From the NCBI GenBank assembly GCA_963810935.1, contig CAWEPK010000001.1, forward strand, positions 96,001 to 160,000: a stretch of DNA of 64,000 nucleotides, written 5' to 3'. Below the pieces are notes generated by a model. The model ran no database searches. It was given only the letters and a program-made list of their open reading frames with translations, and was not told where the DNA came from. This document shows positions 50,083 to 60,341 of this stretch, in pieces. Numbering within the stretch: the first letter of the stretch is position 1; each line of letters begins with the position of its first letter. Source of the DNA: an uncultured delta proteobacterium (GTDB lineage Bacteria; Desulfobacterota; Syntrophorhabdia; Syntrophorhabdales; WCHB1-27). The position numbers were made by a program, and so were the translations under genes.

Positions 50083-53000
50083 ATGAAAAGAAGGAGCATA
50101 ACGGTAGACGGCTGCACCGCCTGCGCGCACGTCGTGCATGCGACGAACGAGATCATCACCATTTATCCGATCACCCCGTCCTCCCCCATCGCGGAAATTT
50201 GCGACAGCAAGAGCGCGGCAGGCCAGACGAACGTATGGGGCTTCGTGCCGAGGGTAACGGAGATGCAGTCGGAGGCAGGGGCGGCCGGGGCGGTCCACGG
50301 GTCGCTCTCCACCGGCTCCCTGACGACGACCATCACCGCCTCGCAGGGGCTGCTCCTGATGATACCCGACATGTACAAGATAGCGGGCGAGCTGACCCCC
50401 ACGGTCTTCCACGTCACTGCCCGCGCCCTGGCCGTGCAGGCCCTCTCGATATTCGGCGACCATTCCGATGTAATGTCGGTCCGCTCCACTGGCTTCGCCA
50501 TGCTCTGCTCGGCGAGCGTCCAGGAGGCGATGGACTTCGCCCTTATCGCCCAGGCGGCCACCCTGGGGTCGCGCGTTCCCTTCCTCCATTTCTTCGACGG
50601 CTTCAGGACGTCTCACGAGATACAGAAGATCGAGGAGCTCTCCTTCGACGACATGCGGCAGATGATCGACGAGGAGTTGATCTTTGCGCACAGGGGAAGG
50701 GGCCTTTCGCCCGACCACCCCGTCATGCGCGGCACGTCCCAGAACCCGGACGTCTACTTCCAGGGCAGGGAGACGGTCAACAAGTTCTACCTGAAGGCGC
50801 CCGAGATCACGAAAAACTGTATGGACCGCTTCGCCGGTATCGCCGGGCGCTCTTACAAGCTCTATGAGTACTATGGCGCGCCCGACGCGGAGAGGGTCAT
50901 AGTACTCATGGGGTCCGCCTCCGAGACCGTACGCAGCACCATTGACTTTCTGGCGGCCTCCGGGGATGCGAAGCTGGGCCTTGTTACAGTGCGCCTGTTC
51001 CGCCCCTTCTCCGTCCCGGATTTCGTAGCCGCCATTCCGAAAAGCGCATCCGCGATAGCCGTGCTGGACCGCACGAAGGAAACGGCAGCGCCGGGCGAGC
51101 CGCTCTACATGGACGTGCGTACTGCAATAGGCGAGGCGATGGAAACCCACGAGGCGCCTTTCGACCGCTTCCCGAAGGTCGTCGGAGGCATCTACGGTCT
51201 CGGCTCGAAGGACTTTACCCCGGCCATGGTCAAGGCAGTCTTCGATAATCTGGCTGCGGACGTGCCGAAGAACCGCTTTACTGTCGGCATTACCGACGAC
51301 GTTACGAACAGGAGCCTGGACGTAGACCAGGGGTTTACCATCGAGGGTACGGGTGTTTCTGGAGGCATGTTTTTCGGCCTCGGCGCGGACGGCACGGTCG
51401 GGGCGAATAAGAGCACGATCAAGATTATCGGCGGAGAGACGGACAATTACGCGCAGGGCTACTTCGTCTATGACTCCAAGAAATCGGGCTCCATCACCGT
51501 CTCGCACCTGCGCTTCGGCAAGGAGCCGATCCGCAACCCCTACCTTTTGTCGAAGGCCACCTTCATTGCCTGCCACAACCCGTCGTTCCTCAAAACCTAT
51601 GACATGCTCGCCTCGGCCGCGGAAGGCGGCGTATTCCTGCTGACAACCTCCCAGCCGAAGGAAAAGGTGTGGGACAGCCTGCCCCTCGAGGTGCAGCGGC
51701 AGCTCATCGAAAAAAAGATGCGCCTCTTCATCATCGACGCGGTGGCCCTCGCGGAAGAGCTGGGGCTGGGCAGCCGCATCAACATGATAATGCAGACCGC
51801 CTTCTTCGTAATCTCGGAGATTATACCGAAGGAAGACGCAATCCGCTCGATCAAGGAGCAGATCAAGAAGACGTACACAAAGAAGGGAGAGGAAGTGGTG
51901 AAGATGAACTACGCCTCCGTCGACCAGGCGCTTCGCAATATCGTGGAAGTGCCCGTGCCGGGCCGCGCAACCGGCAAGCCGATGCGCGGCCCCGTTGTGC
52001 CGGATTCGCCGCCCTTCGTCAGGGACGTCCTGGCGCCTATGATCGCCATGAGGGGCGACGACCTGCCCGTATCCGCCATGCCGGTGGACGGCACCTGGCC
52101 GACCGGTACAACACAGTACGAAAAGCGGCGTGTCGCGGTGCACATCCCGGTTTGGGAGCCGGACATATGCATACAGTGCGGCCTCTGCTCGTACGTCTGC
52201 CCCCACGCCACGATCCGCATGAACGCCTATGACCCCGCCGTGCTCGTAAGCGCGCCGGCCGCGTTCAAGTCGGCGGATGCCAAGGGCAAGGAGCTTGCAG
52301 GGCTCAAGTTCACCGTGCAGGTCGCCGCTGAGGATTGCACCGGTTGCGGCTCCTGCGTCTACGCATGTCCGGCGCACAAGAAGGACGCGAAGCGGCAAGC
52401 CGATGCCCGATTTCAAGGCGATCAACATGTTCCTTGCCGAGCCGATAATGGACCGGGAGGCCGCCAACTACGCGTTCTTCAGCTCCCTGCCCCTTCTCCC
52501 CCCGTCCCGGTACAGCGTGCGCAACGTAAAGGGGAGCCAGTTCGCGACGAGCCTCTTCGAGTACCACAGCGCCTGCGCCGGGTGCGGAGAGACACCGTAC
52601 ATCAGACTCCTCACACAGCTTTTCGGCGACCGCCTGCTAATCGGGAACGCGACGGGATGCAGCTCCATTTACGGCGGCAACCTGCCCACGATCCCGTACA
52701 CTAAGCGTGCCGACGGGCGCGGCCCTGCGTGGTCGAACTCGCTCTTCGAGGACAACGCCGAGTTCGCCTTCGGCATGGGGCAGACGGTCAGGCGCTTCGC
52801 TGCCGAGGCCAGATTGCTTCTGCAAAAAATGTCTCAGTCGGCAGACGCGCGGAAAGGCGACCTTATCACGGCGATACTTTCCGACGGAAACGGCAAGGCG
52901 GACGGAGACGACAGGCAGGCAATCGAGGAAAAGAGGGCAAAGATAGAAGACCTGAAAAAGCTGCTCGTAAACGATGCATCGCCCGGAAGCGCGCAGGCTC

Positions 53001-53684
53001 CTCTCCGTTATCGATTACATCATACGCAAGAGCGTCTGGGCGATAGGGGGCGACGGCTGGGCCTATGATATAGGCTACGGCGGCCTCGACCACGTGCTGG
53101 CGACGGGTCAGAAGACGAATATCCTCGTCCTCGACACGGAGGTCTACTCGAATACGGGCGGGCAGATGTCGAAATCGACGCCCATCGGCGCGATTGCAGA
53201 GTTTGCCGCGGGAGGCAAGGCCATACCCAAAAAAGGGCTCGCCCTCATGACGACCACGTACGGCTACGTCTACGTCGCGCAAGTCTGCTTCGGCGCGAAC
53301 CCGGCGCAGACGCTGCGCGCGCTGCTCGAAGCTGAAAGCTTCGACGGGCCGTCGCTCGTCGTCGCTTACTCCACCTGCATAGCCCAAGGCATCGACATGG
53401 GGAAGGGGATCGAGGAGATGCGGCGGGCCGTGGCGTCCGGCCACTGGCCGCTTTTCAGGTACAACCCGGACCTCCTGAAGGAAGGCAAAAACCCGCTGAC
53501 CGTCGACAGCCAGGAGCCGACCTTGCCGCTAGACCAATACGCATACGGGGAGAACCGCTACCGGGCGCTTAGGATGAGCAGGCCGGAGCTTGCGGCCGAG
53601 TTGGTGAAGCAGGCGCAGGAGGCGGTAAAGTTACGCTGGAGCTATCTGAAGCACATGGCGGCCTGGCAGCCGCCTGCCGGGTAA
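50083..53684 (+). CDS. nifJ: Pyruvate:ferredoxin (flavodoxin) oxidoreductase, +1 frameshifts near 52391 and 52985
   Basis: YPITPS, MQSEAGAAG, CIQCGLC, CTGCGSC, ACAGCGE, ATGCSSIYG and GGDGWAYDIG across three consecutive frames. Confidence 0.95.
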
Positions 53685-53742
53685 AAAGCCTCACACGACG
53701 CGGTCCCTGGCCACGTATCCGTTGTCTGCAAATTGGCGGCTG

Positions 53743-53817
53743 AAATAAGAACGGGGTGGGATTGCCGGATTTAACTACGGAGCGCTCGCATGATGCACCC
53801 GACTATTGCCCACCCTC
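53743..53817 (-). ncRNA. Candidate small RNA 2 (about 75 nt)
   Basis: TTGACA-17-TATGTT promoter (53852-53824), GGGUGGG/CCCACCC closing stem and U-rich tail. No ORF. Confidence 0.5.
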
Positions 53818-53898
53818 AACGTAAACATAATGGTGGCGTTCGGGGGTGTCAAGAACGGCCCGGACATTTTTTGCATTAACTTTCAAACGGTATTGTGC

Positions 53899-54046
53899 AA
53901 AAAAGAGGTGGGTCGAGGCTCGTGTGCGAAACATCCTGGGGATCGGCCCGTTCGCCATATTTCACTGAGAAGATTCTCGCCTCCCGGTTTGCACTGCCCC
54001 TTGTGCGCTACCGGATCCTCTCAGTTACTCTACCCTCTTCCCACCT
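53899..54046 (-). ncRNA. Candidate structured small RNA 1 (about 148 nt)
   Basis: TTGACA-16-TATAAT promoter (54080-54053), AGGUGGG/CCCACCU closing stem, nested stems and U6 tail. No ORF. Confidence 0.65.
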
Positions 54047-54156
54047 GATTCAATTATAAGGCACGGTAGAATAATGTCAAGTCCAGCAAATTATTTAAGC
54101 GGCCGGGGCCGCCTCTTGCCCCCACCGTCCGGTTAATATACAATTACGCAAACGCC

Positions 54157-54591
54157 ATGAACTACGGTATCGCCTCTGTCCTCAAGAAAGGCTTCTTCAA
54201 CGGCCTCTCCGTCACCTTGGAGATGGTAAAGGTGATAGTTCCCTTCTACCTCCTCGTCGAGATTGCCAGGCACCTCGGGATCATCAAGCTCGTAGGCGGG
54301 TTCTTCGGCCCGTTCATGCACCTGTTCGGCCTGCCGGGGGAAGCTGGCCTTGCGTTGATAGCGGGGTACACGGCGAACATGTACGCGGCCATCGCCGTGC
54401 TCTCGCCCCTCCACCTTTCGCCGAGAGACGTGACGACCGTCGCACTGATGCTCGGAATAGCACACAGCCTGCCGGTGGAGACACCCATTACAAAGAAAAC
54501 CGGAGTGAGCGCGTCCTTCATGTTCCTCGTCAGGATCGTTTTCAGCCTGCTCGTGGGGATGGCGCTCAACTTGATATGGAAATTATTCTGA
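54157..54591 (+). CDS. Nucleoside-recognition (Gate) domain membrane protein
   Basis: PFM..FGLPGE and HSLPVE motifs. Confidence 0.8.
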   Translation: MNYGIASVLKKGFFNGLSVTLEMVKVIVPFYLLVEIARHLGIIKLVGGFFGPFMHLFGLPGEAGLALIAGYTANMYAAIAVLSPLHLSPRDVTTVALMLGIAHSLPVETPITKKTGVSASFMFLVRIVFSLLVGMALNLIWKLF

Positions 54592-55007
54592 CCTCCCTTT
54601 TTGGCGCCCTGCGCCTCTGCGCTATGCTGTTCTGCATCATCGTGCCCCTCACTATGTTCTACGAGCTGGTGAAGTCGAGGCAGGCGGCGCTGGCCGCGAA
54701 AAACAGGACGTTCATGGGGCTGTCCGGCAAAGGGCTGATACCGCTCCTTACGGGCATAATAGTCGGGATTACTTACGGGGCGGGCGTGATTATCCATTCG
54801 ATACGCTCGACGGACATAGGGAAAGACGAGGCGTTCCTTATCATGCTATACCTGTCCGTCTGCCACGCCATGATCGAGGACACGCTGATATTCGTCGTCA
54901 TCGGCGCGAACGGCTTGATCCTTATCATTGCGCGCTTTTTTCTCGCAACGGCCCTCACCTATGCCGTTTACAGGTTCCGCATGTACAGGCTGCGTCGGAA
55001 TATTTAA
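54576..55007 (+). CDS. Nucleoside-recognition (Gate) domain membrane protein (partner)
   Basis: GITYGAG and CHAMIEDT motifs. Overlaps the previous gene. Confidence 0.8.
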   Translation: MEIILTSLFGALRLCAMLFCIIVPLTMFYELVKSRQAALAAKNRTFMGLSGKGLIPLLTGIIVGITYGAGVIIHSIRSTDIGKDEAFLIMLYLSVCHAMIEDTLIFVVIGANGLILIIARFFLATALTYAVYRFRMYRLRRNI

Positions 55008-56257
55008 ATCGATTTGAGGAGGGCGGGCAGGGCCTGCGGGTCGAGGGGCATCTCCCTCTGGCTGCCGTCCTTCATGTCGCGCACCAGTATTATGCTGCGT
55101 GCCAGCTCATCCCCCGCGAGGATGAGCACGTAGTCGGCGCCCAGGCTGTTCGCGTGCTTCATCTGCGACTTGAGGGAGCCTGCGGGCTCTGCGTAGGCAA
55201 GCTGCATACCGGCCAAGACGAATGCGTCAAGGAGCGGTATGACCCGGGACCTCGCGTCATCTCCCACGGCTGCAAGGAAATAAAGCGGCATTTTCTTTTC
55301 CGGCTGTTTACCTGCGATCAGGGCAAGGCGCTCCATGCCGATGGCGAACCCGCATCCGGGCACGGACGGGCCGCCCATCTCCTCAACGAGGTTGTCGTAC
55401 CTGCCGCCTGCCGCGAACGCCTTCTGGCTGCCTATGTCCTGCGAGGTCGCCTCGAAGACGGTCCGCGTGTAATAATCGAGGCCGCGCACGAGCCGCTTGT
55501 TCACGATGAACGGCACGCGCAGTTTTCCGAGGTGGTCCTGGAACCGATCAAAGTGGGACCTGCAATCCGGGCAGAGGTAATCGAAGAGTACAGGCGCCTC
55601 GGCTATAATGCGGCCGCACTGCTCGACCTTGCAGTCGAATACCCGCAATGGGTTCCTGTCGAGCCGTCCCACGCAGTCCTCGCAGAGGCCCTCTTTTCGG
55701 CCTTCGAGGAAGGCAACGAGGGCGCCTCTGAAGCCCTCCCTGCACGCCTTGCACCCGACGCTGTTGACCTCCATCGCGTAATTTGCCACGCCCAGGTTAG
55801 ATGCGACGAGGGCGATCATCCACACCAGCTCCGCGTCCACCATAGGACCGGGGCTGCCGAAGACCTCGGCGTCCACCTGATAGAACTGCCTGAACCTCCC
55901 TTTCTGCGGCCGCTCGTGGCGGAACATGGGGCCTATGCTGAAGAGCCTGCTCGTCCTCTCCTTCGCGTAGAGGGAAGCCTGGAGGTACGCCCGCACAAGG
56001 CCGGCCGTAGCCTCCGGCCGAAGGGTGACGGAGTCGCCGCTGCGGTCGGTGAAGGTGAACATCTCCTTCTCGACGATGTCGGTCGTATCGCCGATGCTCC
56101 TTTTGAACAGCTCGGTCTTTTCGAGGACCGGGACCTCAATCTCCTTATAGCCGAGCAGGCCGAAATAGGTCCGGGCCGTCTCCTCGATCAGCCGGAAGCG
56201 GCCTATCTCATCCCCGTATACATCCCTGAAACCACGCAATGTAGTGAAGCGTTCCAT
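55004..56257 (-). CDS. hisS: Histidine--tRNA ligase
   Basis: LRPEAT, FRHERPQKGR.RQF, LVRGLDYY, GGRYD and G.ERL motifs. Confidence 0.97.
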   Translation of the reverse strand: MERFTTLRGFRDVYGDEIGRFRLIEETARTYFGLLGYKEIEVPVLEKTELFKRSIGDTTDIVEKEMFTFTDRSGDSVTLRPEATAGLVRAYLQASLYAKERTSRLFSIGPMFRHERPQKGRFRQFYQVDAEVFGSPGPMVDAELVWMIALVASNLGVANYAMEVNSVGCKACREGFRGALVAFLEGRKEGLCEDCVGRLDRNPLRVFDCKVEQCGRIIAEAPVLFDYLCPDCRSHFDRFQDHLGKLRVPFIVNKRLVRGLDYYTRTVFEATSQDIGSQKAFAAGGRYDNLVEEMGGPSVPGCGFAIGMERLALIAGKQPEKKMPLYFLAAVGDDARSRVIPLLDAFVLAGMQLAYAEPAGSLKSQMKHANSLGADYVLILAGDELARSIILVRDMKDGSQREMPLDPQALPALLKSI

Positions 56258-56348
56258 AGCCTTCAAACTAACATCATCCGCGCTGCAAATCAACTTGTGG
56301 ATTCCCTGCAGCTTGCTGCAGGGAGACCTTTTTCCGCTTCGCTCCGTG

Positions 56349-56523
56349 GCAATTATTGGGGTTCAGCCCCCTCCACCGGCAAAGCCGGATGGAGCCTCCC
56401 CGCTCGGCGCGGCGCATACGCTTGCTTTAATACCCTGCTGCTTGCAGCAGGGTATTAATTTATCTGGGCTGGCGTCGCCCCCTCTACGGGCAAAGCTCGC
56501 GGAGCTTCCCCTTCATAAAAAGG
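56349..56523 (-). repeat. Two tandem family-A REP-like hairpin repeats
   Basis: Reverse complements read TTTTTATGAAGGGGAAGCTCCGCGAGC-TTT-GCCCGTAGAGGGGGCGACG and GGCTCCATCCGGC-TTT-GCCGGTGGAGGGGGC..TAATTG. Confidence 0.7.
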
Positions 56524-56596
56524 AAAAAGCATTTAGGGCGATGCCGCGTCTACCTTTTGACTTTACATCACGCACCTTTTCCGCTTAAATATTCCC

Positions 56597-57721
56597 ATGA
56601 AAAAGACGCTTATCATCGCAATTTCGCTGTTGGTTCTGTGCGCTGTCCCCGCCTACGCCAAGCAGGTGGTGAAGATCGGCCTCATCGCCCCGCTCACAGG
56701 AGACGTCAAGACCTTCGGCGAATCGTCGAAGAACGCCTTCCTGATGGCGGTCGAGGATTACTCGAAGACTGGCAAATACACGATCGCCCCGCTCATCGTG
56801 GACGACAGGAACGACCCGACGGAGGGCGCGAACGGGGCCCTCAAGCTTATCACGCAGGACAAAGCCCTCGCCTTCGTCGGCCCTCTCACTTCGAAGGTCG
56901 CCATACCGGTCAGCGAGATCGCCACGCAGTACAAGGCCCCCATGGTGACCGAGGCGGCCACGAGCCCGAAGGTTACGGTATACAACGGCAAGCGGAAGCC
57001 GTTCGTCTTCCGCGCGTGCTTCATCGACTCCTTCCAGGGGCGCGTGACCGCCACGTTTGCCCTCGACAACCTGAAAGTAAGGACCGCCGCCGTGCTTTAT
57101 GATGTCGGGAACGATTACTCGCGGGGCCTTGCCGAAGTCTTCAAGGCGACCTTCGAGAAAGGCAAGGGCACGGTCGTCGCCTACGAGTCTTACCAGAAAG
57201 ACGACGTCGATTTTTCCGCACTCGCGACGAAAGTGCGGCTCAGGAAACCCGAGCTTGTCTTTATCCCCGATTATTACAACAAGGCGGGCCTCATAGTGAG
57301 GCAGCTTCGGGAGAAGGCGGTGAAGGCCGCCGTCATAGGCACGGACGGGTGGGACTCCCCGGACCTCATCAAGATCGGGGGCAGCACGATCATCGGCGGG
57401 TATTTCACGAACCACTACTCGCCGGAGCAGAAGGAGCAGGCCACGCAGCGCTTCATCAAGCGCTACAAGGAGAAGCACGGCGAAGTCCCCGACGCGCTGG
57501 CGGCCCTGACCTACGATGCGGCGATGATCCTTCTCCAGTCGCTCGATAAGGCGGAAGCACCCGCAGCCGAGCCCCTCCGTAAGACCCTGTCCGCGTTGAA
57601 GGGTTTTCAGGGCGTGACGGGGACTATAAGCTTCGACGCAAACGGGGACGCGATCAAATCGGCGGTTATACTGAGGGTGGAGAAAGACGGCTTCAGATAC
57701 GTCGCCACGGTTAAGCCGTAG
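56597..57721 (+). CDS. livK: Branched-chain amino acid ABC substrate-binding protein
   Basis: KIG...PLTG, FRACF.D..QG, DGWDS and GVTG.I.FD.NGD motifs. Confidence 0.88.
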   Translation: MKKTLIIAISLLVLCAVPAYAKQVVKIGLIAPLTGDVKTFGESSKNAFLMAVEDYSKTGKYTIAPLIVDDRNDPTEGANGALKLITQDKALAFVGPLTSKVAIPVSEIATQYKAPMVTEAATSPKVTVYNGKRKPFVFRACFIDSFQGRVTATFALDNLKVRTAAVLYDVGNDYSRGLAEVFKATFEKGKGTVVAYESYQKDDVDFSALATKVRLRKPELVFIPDYYNKAGLIVRQLREKAVKAAVIGTDGWDSPDLIKIGGSTIIGGYFTNHYSPEQKEQATQRFIKRYKEKHGEVPDALAALTYDAAMILLQSLDKAEAPAAEPLRKTLSALKGFQGVTGTISFDANGDAIKSAVILRVEKDGFRYVATVKP

Positions 57722-57724
57722 GCG

Positions 57725-58615
57725 ATGGAGCTGCTCGCCTATACGCTGCAACAGCTCGTAAACGGCCTACAGTTAGGCGCTATCTACGCGCTCATCGCCC
57801 TGGGCTACACCATGGTTTACGGAGTGCTCAGGCTCATTAATTTCGCCCACGGCGACATCTTCATGTTCGGCGCCTTCATCGCCTATTACTGCATAGCGAA
57901 ATGGCAGTTGCCCCTCGGGCTCGTCTTCCTCGTCACGATGGGCGCGACCGCCCTGCTCGGCCTGCTCGTAGAGAAAATCGCGTATAAGCCGCTGCGTTCC
58001 GCGCCCAACATATCGGTGCTCATCACGGCAGTCGGCGTCTCCCTGTTTCTCGAATATTTCCTGAGCCTCAAGAGCATGTTCTCTCCCAACTACATCGCCT
58101 TCCCGAGACCTTTCGAGGTCGAGGCGTACGACCTGGGCCCCGTCGCCATAACGAACATCCAGCTTATTGTCTTCAGCGTCACGGCGGCATCGCTCCTATT
58201 GCTCTACCTCCTCGTCTACCGGACCAAACACGGCAGGGCGATGCGGGCCGTCTCGCACAACAGGGAGACGGCGTCCCTCATGGGCATCAACGTAGACGGG
58301 ACGATCTCCTTCACCTTCGCGGTGGGCACGGCACTGGCCGGCATCGGCGGCATACTCTACGGTTTCGCCTACCCGCAGATCAACGTCTTCATGGGCATCA
58401 TGCCGGGTATAAAATCGTTCATCGCCGCCGTGCTCGGCGGCATCGGCCTTGTCCACGGCGCTGTTTTGGGCGGCCTCGTCATCGGCGTCTCCGAGGTCTT
58501 TGTCTCCGCCTTCCTCTCATCGACGCTGCGGGACGGCGTGATCTTCGTGATCCTGCTTCTGGTCCTCCTCTTGCGGCCGATGGGTTTCTTCGGTAAAGGG
58601 AGGGACAAGGTGTGA
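57725..58615 (+). CDS. livH: BCAA ABC permease
   Basis: YALIALGYTMVYG..RLINFAHG motif. Confidence 0.92.
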   Translation: MELLAYTLQQLVNGLQLGAIYALIALGYTMVYGVLRLINFAHGDIFMFGAFIAYYCIAKWQLPLGLVFLVTMGATALLGLLVEKIAYKPLRSAPNISVLITAVGVSLFLEYFLSLKSMFSPNYIAFPRPFEVEAYDLGPVAITNIQLIVFSVTAASLLLLYLLVYRTKHGRAMRAVSHNRETASLMGINVDGTISFTFAVGTALAGIGGILYGFAYPQINVFMGIMPGIKSFIAAVLGGIGLVHGAVLGGLVIGVSEVFVSAFLSSTLRDGVIFVILLLVLLLRPMGFFGKGRDKV

Positions 58616-59574
58616 GGTTCTTTGCGGGTGCGAGACGGTTCATTCTGTGCTGCGCAATTGCTTACGTGCTGCTGAAGGTCCTTTTCGTCTCCGGGATAGC
58701 CACGCAGTACGTCGAGCAGATCGTCCTCTACGCCCTCGTCATGATAATAGCGAGCCTCGGCCTCAACGTCATTTACGGGTACACGGGGCAGTTCTCGTTG
58801 GGCCACGCGGCCTTCTACGGCATCGGCGCCTACGCTTCCGCCCTTTTGACGTGGGCCTTCGCCATCGACTCCGTGGCCCTCTTCCTGCCCGTCCTTCTCG
58901 TGGCGGGCCTTTTCGCGGCTGCGGTCGGCGGCCTCATCGGCATGCCGATCCTGAAGCTCCGCGACGACTTCCTCGCCATAGCGACCCTCGGCTTCGGGAT
59001 GCTCGTGCGCACCCTCCTCGACAACTCGGACAGAGTGGCAGAGGTGCTCGGGGGGTCGAGGGGCTTTATCGGCATACCGAGGATCACGAACCTCGAGCTT
59101 GTCTTCGGCGTCATCGCAGTGCTGATACCTGTGACGCGGAACATTATTTTTTCGAGGTACGGCCTTTTCTGGCAGTGCATCAAGGACGACGAGCTTGCCG
59201 CGACCGCCTTCGGCATCGATACGGGCCGCATGAAGTCGATGGCATTTATTTACGGCTGTTTCCTGGCAGGCATCGCAGGCGGCCTCTACGCCCACCTGTA
59301 CACGTTCCTTCATCCGTCCAATTTCGATCTCCTGAAGTCGATAGACTTCCTTATCATCGTGATAGTGGGCGGTATGGGGAGCATCACGGGGACGATCTTG
59401 GCGGGCCTGGTCTGGGTGGGCTTCATCGAAGGGCTGCGCATCGTGCTGCCCGCAGGCATGCTCGAGCTGCGGTGGGTCTTCATCCCCGTTTTCCTGATTA
59501 TACTGATGATGCTCAGACCTTACGGGCTTATCCACAGGACGGAGTCGAGACTATTGGGGATCGGCAGGAAATGA
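58612..59574 (+). CDS. livM: BCAA ABC permease
   Basis: GYTGQFSLGHA and LAIATLGF motifs. Confidence 0.9.
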   Translation: MRFFAGARRFILCCAIAYVLLKVLFVSGIATQYVEQIVLYALVMIIASLGLNVIYGYTGQFSLGHAAFYGIGAYASALLTWAFAIDSVALFLPVLLVAGLFAAAVGGLIGMPILKLRDDFLAIATLGFGMLVRTLLDNSDRVAEVLGGSRGFIGIPRITNLELVFGVIAVLIPVTRNIIFSRYGLFWQCIKDDELAATAFGIDTGRMKSMAFIYGCFLAGIAGGLYAHLYTFLHPSNFDLLKSIDFLIIVIVGGMGSITGTILAGLVWVGFIEGLRIVLPAGMLELRWVFIPVFLIILMMLRPYGLIHRTESRLLGIGRK

Positions 59575-60341
59575 GGGCGCTGGAGACTACAGGACTCACG
59601 AAGACCTTCGGCGGAGTGCGGGCTGTGAATAACCTTTCCTTCCATGCGGAAGAACATGAGACGGTGGGGCTGATAGGGCCGAACGGCGCGGGTAAGACGA
59701 CCGTCTTCAATTTGATAACGGGCCTTAGCCGCGCAGATAAGGGCAGGATCGAGGTCTTCGGCAAAGACGTGACGCGCATGGCGCCCTTCCACGCGGTAGC
59801 CATGGGCATGGCGAGGACGTTCCAGAATATCCGGCTTTTCGGCCGCCTGTCCGTCGTTCAAAATGTGACCGTCCCCATCATAGGACGCGCGGGCTACGGG
59901 CCGCTCGCCGCGGCGTTCGAGTCGGCCGCCTCCGCGCGCGCGGAGGCGGCGGCGCTCAGCCACGCCATGGAGATACTCGATTTCTTCCACCTCGCCGGTA
60001 AGGCGGACCAGCTTGCCGCAAACCTGCCGTACGGAGACCAAAGACGTCTGGAGCTTGCAAGGGCGCTTGCCGCAGGCCCCAGGCTCCTTCTGATCGACGA
60101 GCCGGGGGCAGGCATGAACCCGAAGGAGATAGGCGATTTGCTCGCGGACATCAGGCGGGTCAAGGAGGTTTTCAAGCTGACCATCCTTCTGATCGAGCAC
60201 CAGATGGGCCTCGTCATGAACATCTCCGATAGGCTGGTCGTGCTCGATTTCGGGGAAAAGATCGCGGAAGGGACGCCGGAAGCGATGCGGAAGGACAAAG
60301 CGGTGATAGAGGCATACCTGGGGGAAGACTTCACATGCTGA
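59571..60341 (+). CDS. livG: BCAA ABC ATP-binding protein
   Basis: GPNGAGKTT, RTFQNIRLF, LPYGDQRRLE and EAYLG motifs. Confidence 0.92.
   Translation: MRALETTGLTKTFGGVRAVNNLSFHAEEHETVGLIGPNGAGKTTVFNLITGLSRADKGRIEVFGKDVTRMAPFHAVAMGMARTFQNIRLFGRLSVVQNVTVPIIGRAGYGPLAAAFESAASARAEAAALSHAMEILDFFHLAGKADQLAANLPYGDQRRLELARALAAGPRLLLIDEPGAGMNPKEIGDLLADIRRVKEVFKLTILLIEHQMGLVMNISDRLVVLDFGEKIAEGTPEAMRKDKAVIEAYLGEDFTC

Noticed and set aside
50056..52467. Long antisense ORFs (803 aa here; also 36163-37731, 44121-45521, 55154-56458)
   Set aside because: Shadow ORFs opposite well-conserved GC-rich genes, with no recognisable motifs.
50083..53684. PFOR and the other split genes as pseudogenes or programmed frameshifts
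   Set aside because: No consistent slippery motif and no other decay. Artefact is the simpler explanation.
58647..59570. N-terminal extension of livG giving a 564-aa ORF
   Set aside because: Overlaps livM out of frame. The real start is the ATG at 59571.
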